This document shows positions 13,791 to 25,342 of a DNA stretch of 64,000 nucleotides, in pieces (position 1 is the stretch's first letter; every line of letters starts with the position of its first letter). The stretch comes from Rhynchopus sp. YZ270_cl-10 (taxonomy: Eukaryota). The translations under genes were made by a program, and so were the position numbers. The DNA is taken from positions 930,001 to 994,000 of the forward strand of contig OZ037842.1 of the NCBI GenBank assembly GCA_964035575.1, in the 5' to 3' direction. The notes beneath the pieces were generated by a model that saw only the letters and a list, made by a program, of their open reading frames with translations, was not told the DNA's origin and did not search any database.

Positions 13791-14571
13791 TCCTTAACAC
13801 TCCCTATTGATCGTGGTTGATGTATGCAAAGATCTGAAAAGAAACGAACAGATTCCCACGAACATGTGTCAACGACACAACCAACACAACGCTACCGATG
13901 TGTGCGCAACGATCTGAACGCAACGAACGTAACCAACCGAACACAACCAACGCATCTCATCCAACACAACGGAACCGATGCGTGCGTCACTATCTGTACG
14001 CAACGAACGTAACCAACCGAACACAACCAACGCAACGCAACCGCTCCATACGTTGCGCTCTGTACGTAACGATCTCTACACAACGAACGCAACGCATGCA
14101 ACACTACGTAACCTATGTGTACGTAGCGATCTGCATGCAACGAACGCTACGTAACGAACGCAACGCAACCAACGCAACGAGTGGTTACAAACCCCCACGC
14201 ATGGTTCTCACACCGCGTTGGCACGTTTCCCAAGCCGCAAACCCGGTTACCTGCCTGAAAAACCGTGTTTTTGGCCAAAACGCCTGTTTTCCCTGTAGAA
14301 TCCTTAAGAATCCTTAAGGAACGCACGGTTCCTAAGGCATTTTACACGTAAACTCGCGACACGAAAATAGGAATTAAAAACTAATCTCTCAGCGATCTGA
14401 TTTAGTAAGAACTCGATTTTTGGCCCTATCTTTCCAATGCCGAAAAAATCTTACACTTTGGCGCCTCTGCGAGAAATGTCATTTTTTGGGGTACCCCGTC
14501 GGGGGTGCCAAGGGGTGGGGGGGTACGCCACAAAAGCAACCTTAAAAACCTTAACACAGAGTGTTAAGGAA

Positions 14572-17006
14572 ATGCTTCCAAAACAACGCATCGAAAACAG
14601 CGCGATGAAACGCGTCCAAAACAGCGCGATGAAACGCGTCTAAAACAGCGCATCGAAAACAGCGCGATGAAACGCTTCCATAACAGCGCATCGAATACAG
14701 CGCGATGAAACGCTTCCATAACAGCGCATCGAATACAGCGCGATGAAACGCTTCCAAAACAGCGCATCGATAACAGCGCGATGAAACGCTTCCAAAACAG
14801 CGCATCGAAAACAGCGCGATGAAACGCGTCCAAAACAGCGCATCGAAAACAGCGCGATGAAACGCGTCCAAAACAGCGCGATGAAACGCGTCTAAAACAG
14901 CGCATCGAAAACAGCGCGATGAAACGCTTCCATAACAGCGCATCGAATACAGCGCGATGAAACGCGTCCAAAACAGCGCATCGATAACAGCGCGATGAAA
15001 CGCTTCCATAACAGCGCATCGAAAACAGCGCGATGAAACGCGTCCAAAACAGCGCTTCGAAAACAGCGCGATGAAACGCTTCCATAACAGCGCATCGAAT
15101 ACAGCGCGATGAAACGCGTCCAAAACAGCGCATCGATAACAGCGCGATGAAACGCTTCCAAAACAGCGCATCGAAAACAGCGCGATGAAACGCTTCCATA
15201 ACAGCGCATCGAATACAGCGCGATGAAACGCGTCCAAAACAGCGCGTCCAAAACAGCGCGATGAAACGCTTCCAAAACAGCGCATCGAAAACAGCGCGAT
15301 GAAATGCTTCCAAAACAATGCATCGAAAACAGCGCGATGAAACGCGTCCAAAACAGCGCGATGAAACGCGTCTAAAACAGCGCATCGAAATAGCTATTTC
15401 CCTCCCTCCCGCCAGAGCCCGAGGGATCCCTTGAGGGAGGTCAGGGCAGCCCGAGGGCCGAAGGCCCGAGGGCGCCCTGACCTCCCGAAAGGGAATCCCG
15501 AGGGCCAAGGGAGGGAGGGATGTAGCTTTGTGACCCGACGAGGTCGTTTTCTACCCGAACTGCCTGCAAACAAGCGCTTTTGTGGTGTTTTGTGTACAAA
15601 CACGTAGGTTTTTCGGCCCACATGGGTACCATCGTTTGTGGCCCACGGACGCCGAAAAGCATGCGAATACGCTTTTCGAGTCGCAGAAACCAGGTTGTGG
15701 GCCGTTTTAAAAAGTTTTTGGCCGGTTTCAGTCACCAAAACGCACATTCTCTCGCGGGAATTTTTGGTGCTCTCAAGGGAATCCTCTTAGCTCTCAAGGG
15801 AATCCCTTGAGACCTCTGGAGGGTTACAAACAGCGCGATGAAATGCTTCCAAAACAATGCATCGAAAACAGCGCGATGAAACGCGTCCAAAACAGCGCGA
15901 TGAAACGCGTCTAAAACAGCGCATCGAAAACAGCGCGATGAAACGCTTCCATAACAGCGCATCGAAAACAGCGCGATGAAACGCGTCCAAAACAGCGCAT
16001 CGAAAACAGCGCGATGAAACGCTTCCAAAACAACGCATCGAAAACAGCGCGAAGAAACGCGTCCAAAACAACGCATCGAAAACAGCGCGAAGAAACGCGT
16101 CCAAAACAGCGCATCGAAAACAGCGCGAAGAAACGCGTCCAAAACAACGCATCGAAAACAGCGCGATGAAACGCGTCCAAAACAACGCATCGAAAACAGC
16201 GCGAAGAAACGCGTCCAAAACAGCGCATCGAAAACAGCGCGAAGAAACGCGTCCAAAACAACGCATCGAAAACAGCGCGATGAAACGCTTCCAAAACAAC
16301 GCATCGAAAACAGCGCGAAGAAACGCGTCCAAAACAACGCATCGAAAACAGCGCGATGAAACGCGTGCAAAACAACGCATCGATAACAGCGCGATGAAAC
16401 GCGTGCAAAACAACGCATCGAAAACAGCGCGATGAAACGCGTCCAAAACAACGCATCGAAAACAGCGCGATGAAACGCTTCCAAAACAGCGCATCGAAAA
16501 CAGCGCGATGAAACGCGTCCAAAACAGCGCACCGATAACAGCGCGATGAAACGCGTCCAAAACAGCGCATCGAAAACAGCGCGATGAAACGCGTGCAAAA
16601 CAACGCATCGAAAACAGCGCGATGAAACGCGTCCAAAACAACGCATCGAAAACAGCGCGATGAAACGCTTCCAAAACAGCGCATCGAAAACAGCGCGATG
16701 AAACGCGTCCAAAACAGCGCACCGATAACAGCGCGATGAAACGCGTCCAAAACAGCGCATCGAAAACAGCGCGATGAAACGCGTGCAAAACAACGCATCG
16801 AAAACAGCGCGATGAAACGCGTCCAAAACAACGCATCGAAAACAGCGCGATGAAACGCTTCCAAAACAGCGCATCGAAAACAGCGCGATGAAACGCGTCC
16901 AAAACAGCGCACCGATAACAGCGCGATGAAACGCGTCCAAAACAGCGCATCGATACGAGCGCGATGAAACGCTTCCAAAACAGCGCATCGAAAACAGCGC
17001 GATGAA
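14572..17006. repeat. Satellite A array interrupted at 15389-15829
   Basis: 38-bp tandem units. Confidence 0.98.
15389..15829. mobile_element. ~440-bp non-autonomous Crypton-like element with long terminal hairpin (about 15393-15526)
   Basis: Clean insertion into satellite CATCGAAAACAGCG. No TIRs. Ends overlap as AAATAGC/AAACAGC. Hairpin centred on GGGCC-GAA-GGCCC; CTCTCAAGGGAATCC repeated near the right end. Family assignment is structural inference. Confidence 0.6.
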
Positions 17007-18440
17007 TTTGAGTTGACGGTCTTGAAAACACTTCGCTGGCTGGTGTGTCAAACGGTCTGTGTATGGTTTGCACGTAACGCTCTACGTTTTCGATACGATC
17101 TGTATGCAACGAACGCAACGCAACGAACGCAACGCATGCAACGCAACCGATGTGTACGTTACGATCTGTATGTAACGAACGCAACGCAACGAACGCAACG
17201 CAACGCATGCAACGCAACGCAACCGATGTGTACGTAGCGATCTGTATGCAACGAACGCAACGCATGCAACGCAACGCAACCGATGCATACGTAGCGATCT
17301 GTATGCAACGAACGCAACGCATGCAACGCAACGCAACCGATGTGTACGTAGCGATCTGTATGCAACGAACGCAACGCATGCAACGCAACGCAACCGATGT
17401 GTACGTAGCGATCTGTATGCAACGAACGCAACGCATGCAACGCAACGCAACCGATGTGTACGTAGCGATCTGTATGCAACGAACGCAACCGATGCGTACG
17501 TAGCGATCTGTATGCAACGAACGCAACGCATGCAACGCAACGCAACCGATGTGTACGTAGCGATCTGTATGCAACGAACGCAACGTATCCAACGCAACGC
17601 ATACAACGCAGCGCAACCGATGTGTACGTTACGATCTGTATGTAACGAACGCAACGCAACGAACGCAACGCAACGCATGCAACGCAACGCAACCGATGTG
17701 TACGTAGCGATCTGTATGCAACGAACGCAACGCATGCAACGCAACGCAACCGATGTGTACGTAGCGATCTGTATGCAACGAACGCAACGCATGCAACGCA
17801 ACGCAACCGATGTGTACGTAGCGATCTGTATGCAACGAACGCAACCGATGCGTACGTAGCGATCTGTATGCAACGAACGCAACGCATGCAACGCAACGCA
17901 ACCGATGTGTACGTAGCGATCTGTACGAAAGCATGCTACGGGTTTAACGCCATCGCGTTAACGCAACACCTGCGCCGCTGTGACACTTCGCTGGCTCGTG
18001 TGGTTGTGATAACGGAACGGTCTACACGTGCGTTACACACTACGGTCTTCGTATACGATACACACAACGCTATGCATGTGCGATACACGCGTTAACCGCA
18101 TCGTGTGGTTACCAAACGCAGCCCACCTTCGGTGGGCTGCTGCAACTCGTGCCGTGTGTGGCCCATGCACGGTTCTCACAGCTCGCTGGCACGTTTCCCA
18201 AGCCGCAAAACCGGTCACCTGCCTGAAAAACCGGGTTTTTGGCCAAAACGCCTGTTTTGCCTGTAGAACCCTGTAGAAGCCTTAAGAAACACGTGTATAA
18301 AAGGGGTACTCGTGACACCCTGGTGTCAGGGTCTCTAAGGGCTCCCAGCCTCGCTGAGCCTATACACGCCCCAAAAAGTGTCCGATCTTTCCAAAGAAAA
18401 CGTTTTTTCGGCTGGGCGAAGCTTCTACACCCTCAAAAAA
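17007..18440 (-). mobile_element. Divergent member of the Helentron-like family, 5' end missing
   Basis: Shared core at about 18160-18335. Variant 3' end CACCAGCCAGCGAAGTGTTTTCAAGACCGTCAACTCAAA abuts satellite A at the same GATGAA^ position as subfamily C. Confidence 0.65.
17095..17925 (-). repeat. Satellite B array in reverse orientation, mostly the GTAGCGATC variant
   Basis: 57-bp units CGATGTGTACGTAGCGATCTGTATGCAACGAACGCAACGCATGCAACGCAACGCAAC. Confidence 0.95.
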
Positions 18441-18464
18441 AAACCGGTTTTTGGTCGTATCCAG

Positions 18465-18834
18465 CATGGCTAGGAGTGTGGCAGCCACACGTGGCAGCGT
18501 GGCTGCCACGTGGCTGCCACGTGGCAGCCACACAGGTGGTCAAAAAGCCAAAAAATAGATGTCCATTTTGAGACACTTTTGGTACCAACTTTTCCTTAGG
18601 GATTTTAACTTTTGTGTTAGCAAAAAAAGCAAAAAAGTTTGGTTGCTCTACGGTCAACCTGGAAATCTACTAACGTAGAGGTCATGGCTAGGAGTGTGGC
18701 AGCCACACGTGGCAGCGTGGCTGCCACGTGGCTGCCACGTGGCAGCCACACAGGTGGTCAAAAAGCCAAAAAATAGATGTCCATTTTGAGACACTTTTGG
18801 TACCAACTTTTCCTTAGGGATTTTAACTTTTGTG
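18465..18834. repeat. 152-bp direct repeat (18465-18616 and 18683-18834) rich in CACGTGGC/GCCAC motifs
   Basis: Both copies run CATGGCTAGGAG...TTTTAACTTTTGTG and appear identical. Confidence 0.95.
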
Positions 18835-18920
18835 GCGCTTCGCGCCGAAGGGCTTCGCCCTTCGGCGCGAAGCGCCACAAAAGTTAAAATCCCTAAGGAA
18901 AAGTTGGTACCAAAAGTGTC
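18790..18920. repeat. Perfect palindrome, 64-bp arms with a TTC loop
   Basis: GACACTTTTGG...GCGCCGAAGGGC-TTC-GCCCTTCGGCGC...CCAAAAGTGTC, checked base by base. Confidence 0.97.
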
Positions 18921-19126
18921 CATTCTTTTGCGAGGAGTGGAGGACTTCTGAAATCCTGCCACTGTCAAAAGAGAGAGTAGGAAGTATTTAGTGTGGTTTC
19001 TGTGGTGTAGTGTAAAAAAATGGGTAGGGTTTAGGGAGGAGAACAGGGGTTGATGTATGAAATGAAAAGTTCAAAAATAATCTTTGTTTTGTATACTCAC
19101 ATATTGTCTGTAGTGATCGTGTGGGC

Positions 19127-19372
19127 TACGAAGGACTTCATTTCTGAAGAAATAAATGAAAAATATAATAAAGAATACGACAGACTTTATTTTTCAAAGA
19201 GGAGTAGCGAATACAACGAACTTCATTCTTGAAAAATAAGGACTCGATTACGACGGACTTCATTATGAACAATGAAACCTCTATTACGACGGGCTTCATT
19301 CTGAATGATAAAACCTCGGTTACGACGGACTTCATTCTGAATGATAAAACCTCGGTTACGACGGACTTCATT
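19127..19372. repeat. 36-bp minisatellite, about 6-7 copies decaying leftwards
   Basis: TACGACGGACTTCATTCTGAATGATAAAACCTCGGT units. Confidence 0.85.
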
Positions 19373-20065
19373 AATCGCGGAATTCGATTTTCCCTTACGA
19401 TCCTTATTTTTTTTTTTTTTTGGCCCTTTTTTCCTAGTTCTGGACCAATCTCTCAAATAAAGCCAGAATTTTCGACTTTTGAGCCTTTTTAAGCAATTTC
19501 CCTGCGTATTTCTGCAGGGAATAATCAAAAAAACGCAATTTTACCTTAGAAAAAGCGAAATTTTCGCAAAGACAAAAAAATTGAAAAATTTGAAAATTGC
19601 GAAATTCGGTTTTCCCTTACGATCCTTATTTTTTTTTTTTGGCCCTTTTTTCCTAGTTCTGGCCCAATCTTTCAAATAAAGCCAGAATTTTCAACTTTTG
19701 AGCCTTTTTAAGCAATTTCCCTGCATTTTTCTGCAAAAAATCATCAAAATAACTCAATTTTGCCTTTGCGAAAATTGAAATTTTCGAGACAAAAATTTCA
19801 AAAATTTCACAGTCATAAAAACGCTCAGGAAAAAATCGGGGTCCGTTTTTTGGGCAGAGAAGTGCGTTTTAGGTGCCCACAGGTGGTCAAAACATCAAAA
19901 TTTTGCGTTTTTTTTGCACTTTTGGACACCCAAGGATCCACTATCAGGGGTAGCCTGAGATTTCCCTTTGCGAAAAAAAAAATTTTTTTTTTTCGAAAAA
20001 TTTTTTTTTCGACAACTACTTTCTGAGGTACCAGTTAAGGGCGGAAACTCAAAACCGCGTTTTAG

Positions 20066-21010
20066 ATGACCACAGATGCTCAAAAGTGCCCGATTTTGCT
20101 TTTAATGAGCTCAAATCGTCAAAATAGGGTGCTCACAAAAAAATTTTTCAGAGTTCAGTTAGCACAGAAATCGCCGCTCCCACATGTGGCAGACGTGGCA
20201 GGTGTGGCAGCCACGTCTGCCACACCGTGGCGGTCGTGGCTGCCACGACCGCCACGGTGTGGCAGGGGTACCGCCACGTTGACCAGGAGAAAGCGTGGCA
20301 AGCGTGGCTGCCACGCGACCGCCACGCCCCTGCCACACCTCGACGTCACCGCCACACGTGGCAGCCACGCTCCGAGCCATGCTCCTCCTCCTCCGCAGCA
20401 ACGCAACAATGTGCCGCCACTGCAGTTGCATGAGGACGAGGAGTTTCAGACAAGGCTGGCGATGGAAGTGTGCGAGGAGGATGAGCAGGAAAGTGCCCAT
20501 GACTTGCAGCAACCCCTCAGTGATGCACCACTGCAGTTGCATGGAGACATCCCTGTACGCGACGTTCTGCAACAGAAGCCCGGGAAACCTGTGGACGTTC
20601 CGCGAACAGACGGCTGCTTTTTCTCCGCCCTGCTCGCGGCGAGCTCAACTACATTCAGCTTCTCCTCCGTTGAGTTTTTCCGCGAAACCGTGTTTGATCC
20701 ACCAAGAGTGTCGACAACGATGCGTGGGTTCGCGCAGGCTGCGTGCGCCAGTGACAATGCGGATGGGAAGTATACGACAGTCAAGGAATGGCAGGACTGG
20801 CACAGAAAAAGCTTGACGTCGGCTGACTCGCATGCTATTTCTTGGACTGCTGAATTCCTGCGAGTTCAAATCAACATTGTTGAGCTGACAAAGGAGGGAA
20901 CGCGCTCCGTCAAGCAGATCACCCCCACAACTGTACAACACACGGTCTGGCTGCAACAATTCGGAGGTACACACTTCCAGCCTACCCAGGCGTTCACCGA
21001 GGATCCATAA
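20066..21010 (+). CDS. OTU-like cysteine protease (deubiquitinase) domain protein with an upstream UIM-like motif; true start uncertain
   Basis: VPRTDGCFFSAL (Cys codon 20615), ADSHAISWTAEFLRVQINIV and VWLQQFGGTHFQP (His codon 20972) follow OTU motif order and spacing. EDEEFQTRLAMEVCEED is UIM-like. The N-terminal ~100 codons overlap GTGGC/GCCAC repeats and may be non-coding. Confidence 0.7.
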   Translation: MTTDAQKCPILLLMSSNRQNRVLTKKFFRVQLAQKSPLPHVADVAGVAATSATPWRSWLPRPPRCGRGTATLTRRKRGKRGCHATATPLPHLDVTATRGSHAPSHAPPPPQQRNNVPPLQLHEDEEFQTRLAMEVCEEDEQESAHDLQQPLSDAPLQLHGDIPVRDVLQQKPGKPVDVPRTDGCFFSALLAASSTTFSFSSVEFFRETVFDPPRVSTTMRGFAQAACASDNADGKYTTVKEWQDWHRKSLTSADSHAISWTAEFLRVQINIVELTKEGTRSVKQITPTTVQHTVWLQQFGGTHFQPTQAFTEDP

Positions 21011-21228
21011 CTTGGTTAAGGTTAGATTTGGGGGTTGGGTTTGTTTGATTGAGATTGGGGAAGGGTTGGGTTGGGGTATTAGATTCAGGGAGTGGGTTGG
21101 TTTGGTTAGTTTGGTTATGATAGTTAGATCACTCATGTTTCTTCTTCTATGTTTTGTTCATTTCCTTTATGTTCTGTTTACTTTGACACATGTGTCTGAC
21201 GAGAGCCACATTCATCATCTGTTATTCC

Positions 21229-21259
<31 letters not shown>

Positions 21260-21421
21260 AAAAAAAAAGAGGCCAAAAGAAAAAGAAAAGGCCCGCAAAA
21301 ACAAAAAAAAAAAAAAAAAACAAAAAAAAGGCAGTGGCCCCATCAAAAAAATCACTGTCCAAAAAAAAAAAAAAAAAAAAAACAAAAAAAAAAAGAGGGC
21401 AAAAGAAAAAGAAAAGGCCCA

Positions 21422-21456
<35 letters not shown>
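21229..21456. repeat. Poly-A-rich low-complexity tract with an internal ~120-bp duplication
   Basis: AAAGAGG(C/G)CAAAAGAAAAAGAAAAGGCCC occurs twice among long A runs. Confidence 0.9.
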
Positions 21457-21459
<3 letters not shown>

Positions 21460-21992
21460 GGTAAAACGCCACCTGGGGTCACAAGGCCCAGGCTCCTACC
21501 TTTACAGGTAGGGGAGCTGTTGAGTGACCCATAGTCCACGACGTGGAAACATGTAGACGTGTAGTGAAGAGAACCGGTTCGTAACGTTCAAATCGTACGC
21601 GTTGTTTTGACCTTTTTTTGCAGAAAAATGCAGGGAAATGCCTTAAAAAGGCTCAAAAGTCGAAAATTCTGGCTTTATTTGAGAGATTGGTCCAGAACTA
21701 GGAAAAAAGGGCCAAAAAAAAAAATAAGGATCGTAAGGGAAAACCGAATTCCGCGATTTACAAATTTTTGAAATATTTTGTCTTTGCGAAAATTTCGATT
21801 TTCGCTAAGGTAATATCGCGTTTTTTTTGACCTTTTACTGCTGAAGAATGCAGAGAAATGCCTTAAAAAGGCTCAAAAGTTGAAAATTCTGGCTTTATTT
21901 GAGAGATTGGTCCAGAACTAGGAAAAAAGGGCCAAAAAAAAAAAATAAGGATCGTTAGGGAAAATCGAATTCCGCGATTTACAATTTTTTTT

Positions 21993-22095
21993 CTGGCATC
22001 GCATCGGTTGCGTTGGTTGGGTTGTGCGCGTTGCACACCTTTCATACATCAACCACACCAGCTACGAGTGTTAAGGACTGCCAAAAAAAACTAAA
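21993..22095 (+). mobile_element. 3'-end remnant of a Helentron-like element
   Basis: ATCAACCACACCAGCTACGAGTGTTAAGGACTGCCAAAAAAAACTAAA. Confidence 0.7.
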
Positions 22096-22510
22096 TTCCT
22101 TAACACTCGGTGTTAAGGTCTTTAAGGTTGCTGATCACCTCCCACCCACCCACCCACCCACCCCCCCTCTCAGGCACCCTCCCCCCCCCCCCCCCCCCCA
22201 AGGTGGGGTTCGGGCATTTTTTTTCAGGTCTCTAAACCTCGAAAGAGGTCAAAAAAGTGGATTCTTGGGAAGATAGGAGGTTTTTAGGAGACTTTCTCTG
22301 AAGCAAAGACCTCCAAACCCTGACAGACCCTGAAACCAGGGTGTCGCGAGTACCCCTTTTTTACACGTGTTTCTTAAGGCTTCTACAGGGTTCTACAGGC
22401 AAAACAGGCGTTTTGGCCAAAAACCCGGTTTTTCAGGCGGGTAACCGGGTTTGCGGCTTGGGAAACGTGCCAGCGCGCTGTGAGAACCATGCGTGGGGGT
22501 TTGTAACCAC

Positions 22511-24510
22511 TCGTTGCGTTGGTTGCGTTGCGTTCGTTGCATACAGATCGTAACGTACACATCGGTTGCGTTGCGTTGTATGCGTTGCGTTCGTTGCATA
22601 CAGATCGCTACGTACACATCGGTTGCGTTGCGTGCGTTGCATACAGATCGTAACGTACGCATCGGTTGCGTTGCGTTGCATGCGTTGCGTTCGTTGCATA
22701 CAGATCGTAACGTACACATCGGTTGCGTTGCGTTGCATGCGTTGCGTTCGTTGCATACAGATCGTAAAGTACACATCGGTTGCGTTGCGTTGTATGCGTT
22801 GCGTTCGTTGCATACAGATCGCTACGTACACATCGGTTGCGTTGCGTGCGTTGCATACAGATCGTAACGTACGCATCGGTTGCGTTGCGTTGCATGCGTT
22901 GCGTTCGTTGCATACAGATCGTAACGTACACATCGGTTGCGTTGCGTGCGTTGCATACAGATCGTAACGTACGCATCGGTTGCGTTGCGTTGCATGCGTT
23001 GCGTTCGTTGCATACAGATCGTAACGTACACATCGGTTGCGTTGCGTTGCATGCGTTGCGTTCGTTGCATACAGATCGTAACGTACACATCGGTTGCGTT
23101 GCGTTGCATGCGTTGCGTTCGTTGCATACAGATCGTAACGTACACATCGGTTGCGTTGCGTGCGTTGCATACAGATCGTAACGTACACATCGGTTGCGTT
23201 GCGTTGCATGCGTTGCGTTCGTTGCATACAGATCGTAACGTACACATCGGTTGCGTTGCGTGCGTTGCATACAGATCGTAACGTACACATCGGTTGCGTT
23301 GCGTTGTATGCGTTGCGTGCGTTGCATACAGATCGTAACGTACACATCGGTTGCGTTGCGTGCGTTGCATACAGATCGTAACGTACACATCGGTTGCGTT
23401 GCGTTGCATGCGTTGCGTTCGTTGCATACAGATCGTAACGTACACATCGGTTGCGTTGCGTTGCATGCGTTGCGTGCGTTGCATACAGATCGTAACGTAC
23501 ACATCGGTTGCGTTGCGTGCGTTGCATACAGATCGTAACGTACACATCGGTTGCGTTGCGTTGTATGCGTTGCGTTCGTTGCATACAGATCGCTACGTAC
23601 ACATCGGTTGCGTTGCGTGCGTTGCATACAGATCGTAACGTACACATCGGTTGCGTTGCGTTGCATGCGTTGCGTTCGTTGCATACAGATCGTAACGTAC
23701 ACATCGGTTGCGTTGCGTGCGTTGCATACAGATCGTAACGTACGCATCGGTTGCGTTGCGTTGCATGCGTTGCGTTCGTTGCATACAGATCGTAACGTAC
23801 ACATCGGTTGCGTTGCGTTGCATGCGTTGCGTGCGTTGCATACAGATCGTAACGTACACATCGGTTGCGTTGCGTTGCATGCGTTGCGTTCGTTGCATAC
23901 AGATCGTAACGTACACATCGGTTGCGTTGCGTGCGTTGCATACAGATCGTAACGTACACATCGGTTGCGTTGCGTTGCATGCGTTGCGTTCGTTGCATAC
24001 AGATCGTAACGTACACATCGGTTGCGTTGCGTTGCATGCGTTGCGTTCGTTGCATACAGATCGTAACGTACGCATCGGTTGCGTTGCGTTGCATGCGTTG
24101 CGTTCGTTGCATACAGATCGTAACGTACACATCGGTTGCGTTGCGTTGTATGCGTTGCGTTCGTTGCATACAGATCGTAACGTACGCATCGGTTGCGTTG
24201 CGTTGCATGCGTTGCGTTCGTTGCATACAGATCGTAACGTACACATCGGTTGCGTTGCGTTGTATGCGTTGCGTTCGTTGCATACAGATCGCTACGTACA
24301 CATCGGTTGCGTTGCGTGCGTTGCATACAGATCGTAACGTACGCATCGGTTGCGTTGCGTTGCATGCGTTGCGTTCGTTGCATACAGATCGTAACGTACA
24401 CATCGGTTGCGTTGAGTTGGATGCGTTGCGTTCGTTGCATACAGATCGCTACGTACGCATCGGTTGCGTTGCGTTGCATGCGTTGGTTGCATACGGATCG
24501 TAACGTATAG
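22511..24510 (+). repeat. Satellite B array (longest, about 2 kb)
   Basis: 57/43-bp units. Confidence 0.97.
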
Positions 24511-24564
24511 AGCGGATCCGTTTCGTGGTGTTCGGTTGCGTTTATCAACCACACCAGCCAGGAG

Positions 24565-25342
24565 TTCCTTAACACTCGGTGTTAAGGTCTTTAAGGTTGC
24601 TGATCACCTCCCACCCACCCACCCACCCACCCCCCCTCTCAGGCACCCTCCCCCCCCCCCCCCCCAAGGTGGGGTTCGGGCATTTTTTTTCAGGTCTCTA
24701 AACCTCGAAAGAGGTCAAAAAAGTGGATTCTTGGGAAGATAGGAGGTTTTTAGGAGACTTTCTCTGAAGCAAAGACCTCCAAACCCTGACAGACCCTGAA
24801 ACCAGGGTGTCGCGAGTACCCCTTTTTTACACGTGTTTCTTAAGGCTTCTACAGGGTTCTACAGGCAAAACAGGCGTTTTGGCCAAAAACCCGGTTTTTC
24901 AGGCAGGTAACCGGGTTTGCGGCTTGGGAAACGTGCCAGAGCCATGCGTGGGGGTTTGTAACCACTCGTTGCGTTGGTTGCGTTGCCTTCGTTGCGTACG
25001 CATCGCTACGTACACACCGGTTACGTTGTGTTGCATGCGTTGCGTTCGTTGTGTAGAGATCGTTACGTACACATCGGTTACGGTGCGTTGTACGCGTTGC
25101 GTTCGTTATGTTGAGATCGATATATACAGATCGCAACGTACGCATAGGTTGCGTTGGTTGTGTTGCATCCGTTACGTTGCGTTGGTTGCGTTCTGATCGT
25201 TACGTACACATAGGTTGCGTTGCGTTGCATGCGTTGGTTGCATACGGATCGTAACGTATAGAGCGGATCCGTTTCGTTGTGTTCGGTTGCGTTTATCAAC
25301 CACACCAGCCAGGAGTGTTAAGGATTGCCAAAAAAAACTAAA
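24565..25342 (+). mobile_element. Nested Helentron-like element, variant D (778 bp)
   Basis: Complete termini, B-type 5' region, short diverged central repeat. Confidence 0.75.

Larger units (their letters stand above)
11113..14571 (-). mobile_element. Subfamily C element split by nested insertions (tail 11113-11126, body 13791-14571)
   Basis: TTTAGTTTTGCTAA at 11113 and TCCTTAACACTCCCTATTG at 13791 are contiguous in the intact copies at 7932, 35279 and 53709. Confidence 0.8.
19373..21979. mobile_element. Segment bounded by long inverted arms (about 19373-19760 and 21600-21979), each nearly two ~221-bp units; possible foldback-type element
   Basis: AATCGCGGAATTCGATTTTCCCTTACGATCC... on the left is the reverse complement of ...GGATCGTTAGGGAAAATCGAATTCCGCGATT on the right; no target duplication seen. 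Confidence 0.5.

Noticed and set aside
21195..21230. Hammerhead ribozyme core (CTGACGAG)
   Set aside because: No stem II or following GAAA motif.
21012..21539. Poly-Lys and poly-Phe ORFs
   Set aside because: Translations of a poly-A tract.
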